A stretch of 64,000 bases of DNA from Clostridiales bacterium (lineage in GTDB: Bacteria; Bacillota; Dehalobacteriia; UBA7702): assembly GCA_040776805.1 (NCBI GenBank), contig JAXGZS010000001.1:413016-477015 (forward strand), in the 5' to 3' direction. The notes beneath the pieces are model-generated. The model had not been told where the DNA came from and made no database searches. It saw only the letters and a program-made list of their open reading frames with translations. Each line of letters starts with the position of its first letter. Position 1 is the first letter of the stretch. The translations under genes were made by a program, and so were the position numbers. Shown here piece after piece: positions 1-9,626 of this stretch.

Positions 1-1
1 T

Positions 2-571
2 TATATCATCAACGACAACGCCTATCCCGATATCATCTTTACGGAGGATCCGGGATACTCCTTTCTTTCCCTGCCCGGCGCCAAGGAAGTGGGGGCGGAG
101 TTCTTCTCCTTGAGTAAGACCTTTGATCTTTGTGGCGCCCGCATCTCCTTTTTTATTGGCAACAGGGAATTGGTGGAGGCTCTCTCCCTGCTCCGCAGTC
201 AACTGGATTTCGGCGTTTTCTACCCGTTGCAAAGAGCCGCTGTGGCGGCCCTCAGTGGTCCCCTGGACTTTGTGGAAACCCAGCGTATGGCCTATAAAAA
301 GCGACGGGATGCATTATGCGGCGGCTTGCGTCAAATCGGTTGGCCCGTCGAAAATAATATGGGTACCATGTTCGTCTTTGCCAAAATCCCGCCGCAATAC
401 GATTCTTCCGAAGTGTTTGCCGATTTGCTTTTGGAAAAAACCGGCGTGGTCTGCACGCCGGGGATCGCCTTCGGCGCGTGCGGCGAAGGTTACGTCCGCT
501 TCGCTCTGACCCAGCCTGCGGAGATCCTTGAAGAAGTGGCTGCCCTGATCGGTAAAAGCGGTCTGATTTGA
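2..571 (+). CDS. PLP-dependent class I/II aminotransferase, C-terminal portion; 5' end lies outside the window
   Basis: The reading frame is open from position 2. It translates to YIINDNAYPD...SLSKTFDLCGARISFFIG, with the SxSK PLP-lysine motif and a G.R motif typical of aspartate/LL-DAP aminotransferases. The stop is at 569-571. Confidence 0.7.
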   Translation, partial: YIINDNAYPDIIFTEDPGYSFLSLPGAKEVGAEFFSLSKTFDLCGARISFFIGNRELVEALSLLRSQLDFGVFYPLQRAAVAALSGPLDFVETQRMAYKKRRDALCGGLRQIGWPVENNMGTMFVFAKIPPQYDSSEVFADLLLEKTGVVCTPGIAFGACGEGYVRFALTQPAEILEEVAALIGKSGLI

Positions 572-602
572 AGATTTCCGAAAAACCCTTGATTCTGACG
601 TT

Positions 603-842
603 ATGTTATGCCTTCGTAAAACGGCAAATCTCTTCGGCATCAGCGTGCACACGCTCCGTTATGATGACAACATCGGGATTTTGAAAGACGCAAAGGTCAG
701 CGAAGTCAGCGCCGTTTATTGCGCGTCGAGTGAACGCCGCGTTGGAAAAAAGAGGAGGGAAGCGGCTCTCCTTTCCATCGGTGATAGGAAAAAGGGTTGG
801 CGTCTTAAAAACGCCGCTTTTTTTCCTCCGCAAAGGAAATAA
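603..842 (+). pseudogene. Possible remnant of a MerR-family HTH regulator (about 35 N-terminal residues are recognisable, then the frame degenerates)
   Basis: The ORF encodes ...TANLFGISVHTLRYDDNIGILKDAKVSEVSAVY, which resembles the MerR helix-turn-helix consensus (FGISVRTLRYYDeiGLLkP..sGYRlY). Nothing MerR-like follows. There is no good RBS, and the frame runs into the radical SAM leader. Confidence 0.3.
799..825 (+). terminator. Intrinsic-terminator-like hairpin (GGCGT-cttaaaa-ACGCC followed by T7), 37 nt upstream of the radical SAM start codon
   Basis: A 5-bp GC stem and a 7-nt loop are followed by a run of seven T, read directly from the sequence. Confidence 0.5.
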
Positions 843-861
843 GCATGGACGAGGTATGGAA

Positions 862-1950
862 ATGAAGAAAACATTTTCTTTGGCACAATATTTGGCCCAA
901 GGGGTGGAGGGCGTTGTGAAAGAAGTGGTCAAGACCGCTTTGGGCAATCCCAAAGCCGGTCTTTTTATGGCGCGATTCGCCGGGGCCAGCCATAAAGCGG
1001 AGAAGCGCCGGCAGGAGGCGGAAGCCCGGGGGGAACACATTCCGCCGTTTCTCATCGCCTCGATCACAAGCAGCTGCAATCTGCGCTGTGCCGGCTGTTA
1101 CGCCAGGGAAAAACAGGGCTGCGGCGAGAAAGAGCACGACGATGTTTTGACGGCCGCGCAGTGGCGGAAAATTTTTCGCGAGGCGGAAACCTTGGGTATC
1201 AGCTTTGTTTTGCTTGCCGGCGGCGAACCGTTGCTGCGCAAAGATGTACTGATCGCGGCAGGAGAGATGCCGTCGATCCTGTTCCCTGTTTTTACCAACG
1301 GCCTCCTCTTTGACGACGACCTTTTTACGCTCTTTGACCGTCGCAGAAACCTGATTCCCATGGTAAGCCTGGAAGGCCAGGAGTACTTTACCGACAGGCG
1401 GCGGGGCAGCGGCGTTTATGAAAAACTGCTTTGCGTCATGGACCGTTTGACCAAGGAGGGTATCCTGTTTGGCGTTTCGGTTACCGTTACCACGGAGAAT
1501 GCCGAGGAAGTGACTTCCGCTGCATTTCTTCACCAACTAAAAGCCAAAGGCTGTAAAGCCGTGATTTATGTGGAATACGTACCCTTTGGCGGGGAACAGG
1601 GGCATCTCGCCTTTGCGGAGGAGGATCGGGCACGCTTTGGCGACCGCCTCCTGATTTTACGCAGTTCCTATAAAGACATGGTTCTGATCGCTTTCCCCGG
1701 CGACGAGGAGGAAAGCGGCGGTTGCCTGGCGGCGGGCCGTGGGTTTTTCCATATCAATGCCAAGGGAGGCGCGGAACCGTGTCCCTTTTCCCCTTATTCC
1801 GATTATAATGTCAAGGACGGTACTCTTTTAGAGGCCTTGAATTCTGATTTGTTCACGCATCTGCAAGACAGCGGTATGCTCTTGGCGGAGCATACCGGCG
1901 GCTGCACCCTCTTCACCCGCAAGGATGAAGTGGAGGCCTTCCTGAAGTAA
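862..1950 (+). CDS. Radical SAM protein (CxxxCxxC cluster motif; a few extra C-terminal Cys, not a full SPASM domain)
   Basis: The protein contains ...ITSSCNLRCAGCYAREK, the canonical radical SAM Cx3Cx2C. The start was chosen at ATG 862 (MKKTF...), 6 nt after GAGGT; the in-frame ATG at 856 sits too close to the RBS. The ORF track extends the frame back to 730 without an RBS. Confidence 0.7.
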   Translation: MKKTFSLAQYLAQGVEGVVKEVVKTALGNPKAGLFMARFAGASHKAEKRRQEAEARGEHIPPFLIASITSSCNLRCAGCYAREKQGCGEKEHDDVLTAAQWRKIFREAETLGISFVLLAGGEPLLRKDVLIAAGEMPSILFPVFTNGLLFDDDLFTLFDRRRNLIPMVSLEGQEYFTDRRRGSGVYEKLLCVMDRLTKEGILFGVSVTVTTENAEEVTSAAFLHQLKAKGCKAVIYVEYVPFGGEQGHLAFAEEDRARFGDRLLILRSSYKDMVLIAFPGDEEESGGCLAAGRGFFHINAKGGAEPCPFSPYSDYNVKDGTLLEALNSDLFTHLQDSGMLLAEHTGGCTLFTRKDEVEAFLK

Positions 1951-2151
1951 ATAAATCGAATCCATTGGCAGGTATTCTTGCCCTATCCGGAGGATATCAT
2001 GTTGCCGTAAACCCAGTGTTTCACAGCACGGAGCGTTTGCCTTGCCACGGAGACCCTTGCATTCTCTTCGGTTGACGGTTTCCGCGAAGTATGTTACGGT
2101 ATTGATATCAAAGCGGACGCGCTGAAATTTTCGGAGTGTGGAGGTGAAAAG

Positions 2152-2394
2152 ATGAGTACGGTCATTGTCGCCATCGTTTTTCTTGCTCTGATCACTGTTG
2201 TGACGGTGTATTCCATGAAGAGGCGGAGTAGCTGCGGCAGCTGCCGTCGTTGTTCCTTAGAGGACAAAACAGCTTGTGAGACCACGCCGCCGGGCAAAGA
2301 TAACGATAGAAAATCAAATGAACCAAATGAATCAGATCAATCAGAGGAACCAGAGGAATCCGAGGAATCCGAGGAATCGGAACAATCCGAATAA
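2152..2394 (+). CDS. Small single-pass membrane protein with a juxtamembrane CGSCRRCS motif and an acidic SEEPEESEESEESEQSE tail; resembles the FeoB-associated Cys-rich membrane protein class
   Basis: There is a strong RBS (GGAGGTGaaaag-ATG). The N-terminal hydrophobic helix is MSTVIVAIVFLALITVVTVY, followed by KRR and then CGSCRRCS. The C-terminal third is low-complexity and acidic. Confidence 0.55.
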   Translation: MSTVIVAIVFLALITVVTVYSMKRRSSCGSCRRCSLEDKTACETTPPGKDNDRKSNEPNESDQSEEPEESEESEESEQSE

Positions 2395-2428
2395 TCAGAT
2401 CAACCAGATCCATAATTCAGCAAAAGCA

Positions 2429-2462
2429 TAACCACCCGTCAAACGGGTGGTTATGCTTTTAT
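2429..2462 (+). terminator. Rho-independent terminator (ACCACCCGTcaaACGGGTGGT followed by a T-rich tail)
   Basis: A perfect 9-bp stem directly after the stop of the small protein is followed by TATGCTTTT. Confidence 0.6.
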
Positions 2463-3175
2463 GGGGTTCTTTATGGGACAACTTTTTTTGATAAATTTGG
2501 AAAGGATTTGCTAAGATGTGACGACGCCTTTGTGCAAAATTTTAAATTATTTTAAAAAAATTTTATCATAATAAATAATTGAATAAAAAATACGGATATA
2601 TAATACAAGAGTATAATATCAAGATAAAGTTGGTTCATGGAAAAAGCTATTTTAGAAGTGAATGCCAACTAAAATGTAGTGAAAATAAGAAACTGACGAA
2701 CAAATGTTGATCAAAACAATGGCCGCCCTGTTTTTTGTCGTGTTGATTGTGATTGCCGCTCTACGCGTGCCACTGCAAGCTGCCTTTAAGCAAGGCAGGA
2801 CCATCGGATCGAAAAGTTTGCAGTGTATCACAGTAAAATATTCATAAGTTATTTGGGAAAGGCAGATAACTTTTTCGGATTATTCGCAAAAAATGTGGTA
2901 AAGGGCAGAGGTTTTCAGCGTGATAGGGCACGTGATTCGTCGGACAATGTTTTGGTCGCTAAAATAGCTTCTCGTCATCTCAGGTAATGCAGCGCCAGGT
3001 TTCTCGTTTATGTCTTAGATATTTTCTTAAACTGTTCATGGCAAGCGTATGAGTTGAGATGGAACGTCATCAATTCATGTGCTTTTCTTTTTTGGCTTCG
3101 CTATCATTTTTTCTGTATGAAAACAAATTTAAGGATGGTGTTTATTTCATGCTATAGCGAATGGGGGTGGCATTT

Positions 3176-4006
3176 ATGAAATGGAAATGGCTTCGCCTTG
3201 TTTTTACAATTCTCTTAACCGGCGCTTTTTTAATCGCTTTTGCCGATATGGCCACAGGGATGATCGCCTCGAAGCAGCTCACCGCCGCGGTGCGGGGAAA
3301 TCAAGCTGTGACGGTGGCGCAAAAAGACGCTGTTACAACGAAGGTCAAAGATAGTACCGCCGAGACGACGGAAGCGGTGAACGCGGCGGTTCAAACAACA
3401 GCATTCGAAGCCGATTCTGAGGCGCCAGAGTTGGCGGCCCAAGAAACGGAACCGGAACCGGATTCGGCGCAAACTTGTGTCAATCATACTTTTGGCCCCT
3501 GGGAAACGGTCACCGCGCCCACGGTCAACGATTGCGGTTCGCAAGAAAGAACCTGCGCAACTTGCGGTCATGAGGAAACGGAAGCGCTTCCCAAACTGAC
3601 TGCGGAAAACAATTCCGTATGCATTCCCAGCGCCAATATCGTCATTCCTTTTACTTTGACAGAACTGAATCAGACGAACGTCGACGCTTGCGGCGCTGTT
3701 TGTGATTTGGGCTTTTTTAAAACGTATTTTGGCACTGACGATATTATGGTCTCGGGACATCGTACCAATGTCATCGGCAAGTTGTATCGCACTGCGGTTG
3801 GCGATGAAATCACTTTGAATTTGAACGGAAATCTAACCACCTATACGGTGATCGTCAGCGAAGAAGCGACGATCTCGGCGGACGGTAAAGACTATATCGG
3901 CGTAAATACGGGTACGCGGTTTGTTACCGCCTCCTATGACCAGCAGGCATTGCGGATATATACCTGCTATGGTGAGGGCAGATGGGTCGTCACCGCGCTG
4001 AAATAG
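3176..4006 (+). CDS. Sortase-family transpeptidase-like protein with an N-terminal membrane anchor and an unusual Cys-rich insert
   Basis: The C-terminal region VSGHRTNV...GDEITLN...YTVIV...ALRIYTCYGEGRWVVTA lines up with the sortase His / TLxTC-Cys / Arg signature. An N-terminal TM helix (LRLVFTILLTGAFLIAF) is present. The central segment CVNHTFGPWETVTAPTVNDCGSQERTCATCGHEE is atypical for sortases. The start was placed at ATG 3176, after GGGGGTGG; an in-frame ATG at 3161 is also possible. Confidence 0.5.
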   Translation: MKWKWLRLVFTILLTGAFLIAFADMATGMIASKQLTAAVRGNQAVTVAQKDAVTTKVKDSTAETTEAVNAAVQTTAFEADSEAPELAAQETEPEPDSAQTCVNHTFGPWETVTAPTVNDCGSQERTCATCGHEETEALPKLTAENNSVCIPSANIVIPFTLTELNQTNVDACGAVCDLGFFKTYFGTDDIMVSGHRTNVIGKLYRTAVGDEITLNLNGNLTTYTVIVSEEATISADGKDYIGVNTGTRFVTASYDQQALRIYTCYGEGRWVVTALK

Positions 4007-4156
4007 CGATGATGATATTTTTAGCATTACCCTGAACCAAGTATTTTTAGCAGCCTGTTATGATGCAGCTAAAAACCTTATGTGTATTTTAAGAGCCGTT
4101 CAGTTTTTCTGAACGGCTCTTCTGCATTTTTTGTTGCTCTCTGTTTGATTTTGCGG

Positions 4157-6280
4157 TTAGTTGTTGCCTGGCTCTGTTGCTCCGGCAGTGGTTTCAAATT
4201 CTCTGTAGGTGAAAGTCAGTTCATTGGTGGAACTCAAGGGTTTTTTGTTTTTGCCGGACTGCTTTACGCAGACCACATCGCCGTCTTTGATTTCTGCGTC
4301 GCGAACCACAATCATATTTGAATTGTAGTAAGAGGTCTTTTTCATTTCGTTGTTGATGTAAACGTCGCCGGCTTCCGTGAGGTTGCTGCCAAAAACGTAA
4401 AGGTCCTCGCCGACGAGGATCGCGTCGGAAATGGTGATTGCATCGACGCCCATCTGTAACGTTTTCAGTTCATAAGGATTGATGCCGTTGTGGGAGTAAT
4501 TCTCTCCGTAAAGCATATCGTATTCCAGCATTTCCATACCGCTGCCGTAGTCAGCCCTGTCCAGGCAGGCCTGTTGATATCTGGTCATGGTGCCCTCGTG
4601 GATGCCCAGGAGATTTAAGACATAGCTGCTCAGTTCATAGGAAGTGAGATCCCGATCTTCCCCGTTGAGGCCGAAGTTGCTCCATATAACGTATGGGGTC
4701 TGGAAAATACTGTGATTGGCCAGCTCGTCGGCGCTGAAATCAAGGCCCGGCAGATGGTCGCCGTAGAGCACAAGGACGGTGTCTTCATCGTAATCCGCCA
4801 AGGCGGCGGTGAGGTCGCCGATGAACTGATCCATTTCATAAAATTGGTTGACGAGGTAGGATACGCCGGCGATTTTGGCTTCGTCAGCATCACCGTAGAC
4901 GTAGACATCATAATCTTCGTTGCCCGTAAATTCCGTGGGATATTTGCCGTGGCCCTGGACGGAAACGGTGAAAACAAAATCCTTGCTTTCCGTGGCTTCA
5001 AGGGATTTGAGAATCTCTTTGGTCAGGACTTTATCCTTGACCCAGTTGGTGGGTGTATATTCCAAATCGGTCATGTATTCTTTGGAAATGAACCTGGTGA
5101 AACCGAGGGCGGGGTAGACTTCGTCTCTGCCGTAGAAGGTCGCCCGGTTGTTGTGGATTGCCGTGGCGGCGTAGCCTAGTTGTTCCAAATTATAGGCAAT
5201 GCTTTCGCAGGTTTCGTCCAGGAGTACGGTTTTATAAGGATACTCTCCGGCGCCGAAGTATTTCAAACTCATGCCGCTTAACACTTCAAATTCAGTATTG
5301 GCGGTACCGGCGCTGACCGTGGGTACGGTAAGATAGCCGGAAATGCATTCTTCTTTGAGGCGATCGAAATGAGGCACGGGGTTCCTGGAATAATAGAGTC
5401 CCAGAAGTTCGTTGGGGTCAAAAAACGATTCCAGTTGAACGAAGATGATATTGGGCGTCTGTTGTTCCGTGGTATCCGCGGCAATGGCCGCGTCGGCTGT
5501 TTTATTGATGGTGTAGACGGTTTCCGCACTGTAATCCGCCGGCTTATCAATGCCGCTGTCGATGAAACTATTGGAGAGGCAGTAGGCGAAACCGTAGTTT
5601 TTGTAGGCGTCGGCCAAATTGCCAAAGCGGGAAGTTAAAAGCTGTGTCTGGATGGCGGTACCCGTCGCCACGGCGACGATGACCACCATGGCGATGACCA
5701 CGGCGATGGCCTTGATATAGCGCACCTCCCGGTTGATTTTCGGGGCTTTCACGCCGATGAAGATGATCAGCGCCAAAATCAGCAAGGCCATGACGGTAAT
5801 CAGGATGATCTGCGTCTTGGAAAGGTAGATATTGATGATGCTCAGGGCATAAGTAACCATGGTCAAGTCGATGGCGGAGAAGGGTGTGGTGCGGAAGCCC
5901 AGGAGCACACAGTTGGCCACGGCGCTTAAAAACCAAATCAGCGAAACCAGGGAACTGACAAAGATCCGCCGTTTGAACAGGAGCGATATGGATAGCGTCA
6001 TCAGAATGATCAATACATTATAGAGAAACAAAATAGGGCTTTGCAGCAAATAAGCGGCGCTGTCGAGGAAACTGCGCCGGCCGAGGCACTCCATGATAAA
6101 ATTGAGTATGAAGGCCCAAATTACGTAAAAGATCAGCGGGTGCGCCATGTAAAAATCAAATAGTTTCCGGTTAAAGTTGGCGATTTTTACGAAACGCACT
6201 TTTTTTTCTTTTTTGTCTGATTTTTCGTTTTTTCGTCTGTTAAATATGCGTAAATTTTGCAGCTTTTCTTTCATGATCAT
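4157..6280 (-). CDS. LTA synthase family protein (LtaS-like polyglycerolphosphate transferase; sulfatase-fold extracellular domain with about 5 N-terminal TM helices)
   Basis: The N-terminal polytopic membrane domain is followed by NIIFVQLESFFDP...TVPTVSAGTANTEFEVLSGMS, matching the LtaS/sulfatase metal-site motifs. The RBS GAAGGT lies 8 nt upstream of ATG 6280. Confidence 0.8.
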   Translation of the reverse strand: MIMKEKLQNLRIFNRRKNEKSDKKEKKVRFVKIANFNRKLFDFYMAHPLIFYVIWAFILNFIMECLGRRSFLDSAAYLLQSPILFLYNVLIILMTLSISLLFKRRIFVSSLVSLIWFLSAVANCVLLGFRTTPFSAIDLTMVTYALSIINIYLSKTQIILITVMALLILALIIFIGVKAPKINREVRYIKAIAVVIAMVVIVAVATGTAIQTQLLTSRFGNLADAYKNYGFAYCLSNSFIDSGIDKPADYSAETVYTINKTADAAIAADTTEQQTPNIIFVQLESFFDPNELLGLYYSRNPVPHFDRLKEECISGYLTVPTVSAGTANTEFEVLSGMSLKYFGAGEYPYKTVLLDETCESIAYNLEQLGYAATAIHNNRATFYGRDEVYPALGFTRFISKEYMTDLEYTPTNWVKDKVLTKEILKSLEATESKDFVFTVSVQGHGKYPTEFTGNEDYDVYVYGDADEAKIAGVSYLVNQFYEMDQFIGDLTAALADYDEDTVLVLYGDHLPGLDFSADELANHSIFQTPYVIWSNFGLNGEDRDLTSYELSSYVLNLLGIHEGTMTRYQQACLDRADYGSGMEMLEYDMLYGENYSHNGINPYELKTLQMGVDAITISDAILVGEDLYVFGSNLTEAGDVYINNEMKKTSYYNSNMIVVRDAEIKDGDVVCVKQSGKNKKPLSSTNELTFTYREFETTAGATEPGNN

Positions 6281-6462
6281 TCACTTTACCTTCTAAAGGG
6301 AACCCCCCAAAAATCTTAGGCTAAACCACCGTTAATATAGCATAAAGTAATGTGTTTTACAAGGAATTTTGTGTATCTTTTCTTTGAAATCAGGTTTTTT
6401 TTACATACAAAATATGTTAAACTAAAAGAAAATGCAGAGAAAGGCGAAAGGATTAAGATACG

Positions 6463-7095
6463 ATGGATCAGGAAAAAGAACAAGTCATTGCGTGGCTTAA
6501 GGTATTTGCGAATTTCAGAGACGGCGTCGTCCTGACGGAGATCATTAAAATGGAGGAATCCTTCATCAAAGATCCCCACTGGCTCTCCCCCCTCCATGGC
6601 GAGGAGTACCGTCTTTATCATAGCTTTGAACGAAAGGAGATCTCTCGGGCGGAAGATTTTCCATTCACCGATGAGGGGCCTTTGTGGGACGGTATCTGCA
6701 AAGACGACGCTTCCCGAAAGATTCTCTTCGTGCTGGCCCAGGACACCCCGGAAGCCTTAAAAGGGGATGGCGGCGATATCCCGGAGCAGGAAAAAGCAGC
6801 CATGGCTAAGATATACAAGATGTTCCAATTAGATGGCGATCTTGACGCCTGGTACCATGAATACTATCCCGCCGCCCGGGCTTTGGCCTTTGTCACCATG
6901 CTCAGCAGCCCCTTTGGCCACTGCATGGAAAGGGGCTTTCGCGGGGAACTGATCTTTATGAATATTGTCGATAATTATTTGGGTGTCAAAACAAGCAAAG
7001 CGCAATGGGAGACTTTTTACAAAGAGATGATCGCCAAGATGTTTGGTGAAAGAGGCTTGCCCTATGGTGTTTTTACCGTTGATTTTAAGGTCTGA
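6463..7095 (+). CDS. Hypothetical cytoplasmic protein (210 aa) with no recognisable domain
   Basis: A clean ORF with an AAAGGA-type RBS. Codon usage and composition match the neighbouring genes. Confidence 0.5.
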   Translation: MDQEKEQVIAWLKVFANFRDGVVLTEIIKMEESFIKDPHWLSPLHGEEYRLYHSFERKEISRAEDFPFTDEGPLWDGICKDDASRKILFVLAQDTPEALKGDGGDIPEQEKAAMAKIYKMFQLDGDLDAWYHEYYPAARALAFVTMLSSPFGHCMERGFRGELIFMNIVDNYLGVKTSKAQWETFYKEMIAKMFGERGLPYGVFTVDFKV

Positions 7096-7141
7096 CCATT
7101 CTTTTGCCGCCGTCCGAGTTATAAAAATATAGAAAATAATA

Positions 7142-7177
7142 AATCCCCGTTTTCCGCCGCGGCAGAAATCGGGGATT
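7142..7177. terminator. Bidirectional terminator hairpin between the convergent hypothetical gene and upp
   Basis: The structure is AATCCCCG...(loop containing the CCGCCGCGG palindrome)...CGGGGATT, with T-rich flanks on both strands. Confidence 0.5.
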
Positions 7178-7213
7178 CTTTATGACTTTTATAATCTTTT
7201 GCTTAAAGCGAGC

Positions 7214-7843
7214 TTAAAGCGTACCGAAAATGCGGTCACCGGCGTCGCCGAGACCCGGCAGAATGTAGCCTTTTTCGTCGAGGCTCTCATCGAGGGCGCC
7301 GCAATAGATTTCGACGTCGGGGTGGGCTTCCCGCATCTTTTTGATCCCTTCGGGGGCGGCGATGATACACATCAATTTGATGTTTTTTGCGCCCCTTTGT
7401 TTAATGAAGCCCAGGGCTGCCGCACTGCTGCCACCGGTGGCCAACATCGGATCAACGACAATGACCTCCCTGCTTGCGATATCTGACGGTAATTTAGAGT
7501 AATACTCTACCGGCTGAAGGGTTTCATGGTCGCGGTAAAGGCCGATGTGACCGACTTTAGCAGAAGGGATCAGGCTTAAAACGCCGTCGACCATGCCGAG
7601 GCCGGCTCTTAAAATCGGTATGATGGCGACTTTTTGGCAGAGTACCTTTTGGGTGGTGGCCGTCAAAGGGGTGGTGATTTTTGTGTCTGTGAGAGAGAGG
7701 CCTTTTGTCGCTTCATAGCCCATGAGCAAAGAGATTTCATAAACCAGTTGGCGAAAATCTTTGGTATTGGTGTTTTTATCCCGGAGCATGGTGATTTTAT
7801 GGGTGATCAGAGGGTGATCCATGATATGTACGCCGGTCTGCAT
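7214..7843 (-). CDS. upp: Uracil phosphoribosyltransferase
   Basis: The protein ([18 protein letters not shown]...[11 protein letters not shown]...[12 protein letters not shown]) has the full-length classical UPRTase signature. GGAGG lies 9 nt upstream of the start. The gene is 4 nt downstream of uraA. Confidence 0.9.
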   Translation of the reverse strand: MQTGVHIMDHPLITHKITMLRDKNTNTKDFRQLVYEISLLMGYEATKGLSLTDTKITTPLTATTQKVLCQKVAIIPILRAGLGMVDGVLSLIPSAKVGHIGLYRDHETLQPVEYYSKLPSDIASREVIVVDPMLATGGSSAAALGFIKQRGAKNIKLMCIIAAPEGIKKMREAHPDVEIYCGALDESLDEKGYILPGLGDAGDRIFGTL

Positions 7844-7846
7844 TGT

Positions 7847-9145
7847 TTAGGCCTCCGTTTCTTCCGCGATTTTGGGGTTATCGTCAATCTCTTCCAGCTG
7901 TTGCGGCAAAATCAGGTTGAGCAGAATGCCGATGATCACAGCGAGGAAAAGTCCGGAAATGGTCAGACTCACATCACCGATGTTGACGGCGAGACCGCCG
8001 GTAACACTGAAGCCGGTACCGATGCTTAGTATTAAGGCGACAATGATCAGATTTCTGGAATGAGTGAAGTCAAGCTTGGCTTCGGCCAGGGTGCGAATGC
8101 CGATGGCGGAGATCATCCCGAAGAGAATGAATTCTACGCCTCCTCGAACCGGGGTGGGAATGGTCTGCAAAACGGCGCCGAATTTACCGAAGATCCCGAG
8201 GATCACGGCGCAGACGGCGGCAATGCGCAGAAGTTTGGGATTGTAGTTTTTGGTGGTGGCGAGGACGCCGGTATTTTCCGAATAGGTGGTATTGGCGGGA
8301 CCGCCGATAAAGCCCGCGAACATGGTGGCGAGGCCGTCCCCTAAGAGGGTGCGGTGGAGTCCCGGTTCTTTAAAGAAGTCTTTCCCTACCACCGCGCCGT
8401 TGGTGGTGATATCGCCGATATGTTCCATGCAGGTGACCAAGGCGATGGGCGCGATGGCCAAGATGGCGACGAGATCAAATTTTGGCAGCGTAAAGAAACC
8501 TTCCGTGTAATAAGGGATGTTGATCCAATGGGCCGCGCCGATGGCGGAATAATCCATGGTGATGACGTTGGCCAAGTCTAAAACGATGCAGAAAAGGTAG
8601 CCGATGCCGAGACCGATCAGGATCGGTACGAGTTTAAAGAAACCTTTCGCAAAGATCGTGCAGGCGACGACGATGATCATCGTAAACAGCGCGATGCCCA
8701 AACTTAAAAGAGAGCTGCCGGTGAGGGCGGTATTGGTGGCGTCGCTGACGCCGACGCTGACCAGGGATAAACCGATGACCACGATGACGGGCCCGGTGAC
8801 CACCGGAGGGAAGATTCTTTTTATGCGATCAGCGCCGGCGAGGTAGGCGGCGAGGGCGATGATCAAATAAAGGAGACCGGCGAATATAATACCGCCTTGG
8901 GCGTATTCGATGCCGTAAGCCCCGACAATGGCCGCGATTGCCCCCAAATAGGCAAAAGAAGAGCCTTGGAACACCGGAACCTTAAACTTTGTACACAGAT
9001 GAAAAATCAATGTACCGATACCGGCGGAAACCAAGGCTGTCGAGGGATTTAATCCGGTGAGCAAGGGCACCAGGATTGTGGCTCCGAACATCGCGAATAG
9101 GTGTTGGACGCCCAGGGCCATATCTTTGCCCGTGAGTTTTTCCAT
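7847..9145 (-). CDS. uraA: Uracil permease (NCS2 nucleobase:cation symporter family)
   Basis: The sequence MEKLTGKDMALGVQHLFAMFGATILVPLLTG... and about 12 TM helices are typical of UraA/PyrP. The start was set at ATG 9145, with GGAGG 9 nt upstream. The ORF track's 15-codon N-terminal extension has no RBS. Confidence 0.85.
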   Translation of the reverse strand: MEKLTGKDMALGVQHLFAMFGATILVPLLTGLNPSTALVSAGIGTLIFHLCTKFKVPVFQGSSFAYLGAIAAIVGAYGIEYAQGGIIFAGLLYLIIALAAYLAGADRIKRIFPPVVTGPVIVVIGLSLVSVGVSDATNTALTGSSLLSLGIALFTMIIVVACTIFAKGFFKLVPILIGLGIGYLFCIVLDLANVITMDYSAIGAAHWINIPYYTEGFFTLPKFDLVAILAIAPIALVTCMEHIGDITTNGAVVGKDFFKEPGLHRTLLGDGLATMFAGFIGGPANTTYSENTGVLATTKNYNPKLLRIAAVCAVILGIFGKFGAVLQTIPTPVRGGVEFILFGMISAIGIRTLAEAKLDFTHSRNLIIVALILSIGTGFSVTGGLAVNIGDVSLTISGLFLAVIIGILLNLILPQQLEEIDDNPKIAEETEA

Positions 9146-9626
9146 GACTGTTTTCCTCCAAAAATACTCTATTTTTACGTGAATCATCAAGATCCTTAAA
9201 AAGTCTACTACATCTCTTATTTTTTGTCAATCAACGAAACGGGCGGCAAGAGGATCATCCATTTCTTCCTTTTATATATAACTTTTAAAATGAGCACGTT
9301 TGTTTTTTCATATGACGTGAACCAGGAGGAATTATAAAAAAGAAAGTCTCAACCAGATTTTTCTATTTCTCTGCAGTACGTTGACTTATGTTTATAAAAA
9401 TGGAAACTAAAAAATTGTGTTTCGTTTATTATTTTGCCCGAAAAAGGTATTCTTTGTGTGAAAGAATTGAAAATTCTTGCTTTTTAATTTTTTCGGGACT
9501 ATACTTAGAGCGTATTAAATGAATCTCCTTGCTTTTAGGGAAAAGGGATTGTTTTTATTTATATATGTTTTATATTTTCCTGAAAAATAGGCAGATTCAA
9601 AAAAACCAAAAGAAGAGGGGATTGAA

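Noticed and set aside
862-2394. RiPP (sactipeptide or ranthipeptide) cluster formed by the radical SAM gene and the downstream Cys-rich peptide
   Set aside because: The radical SAM protein lacks a seven-Cys SPASM domain. The small protein has a TM helix rather than a leader/core layout. The genes are separated by a 200-bp gap with its own RBS. The evidence is insufficient.
2719-2850. 43-codon hydrophobic ORF (MAALFFVVLIVIAALRVPLQ...) in the AT-rich island
   Set aside because: No Shine-Dalgarno sequence. It is isolated in a promoter-like region, so it was not called.
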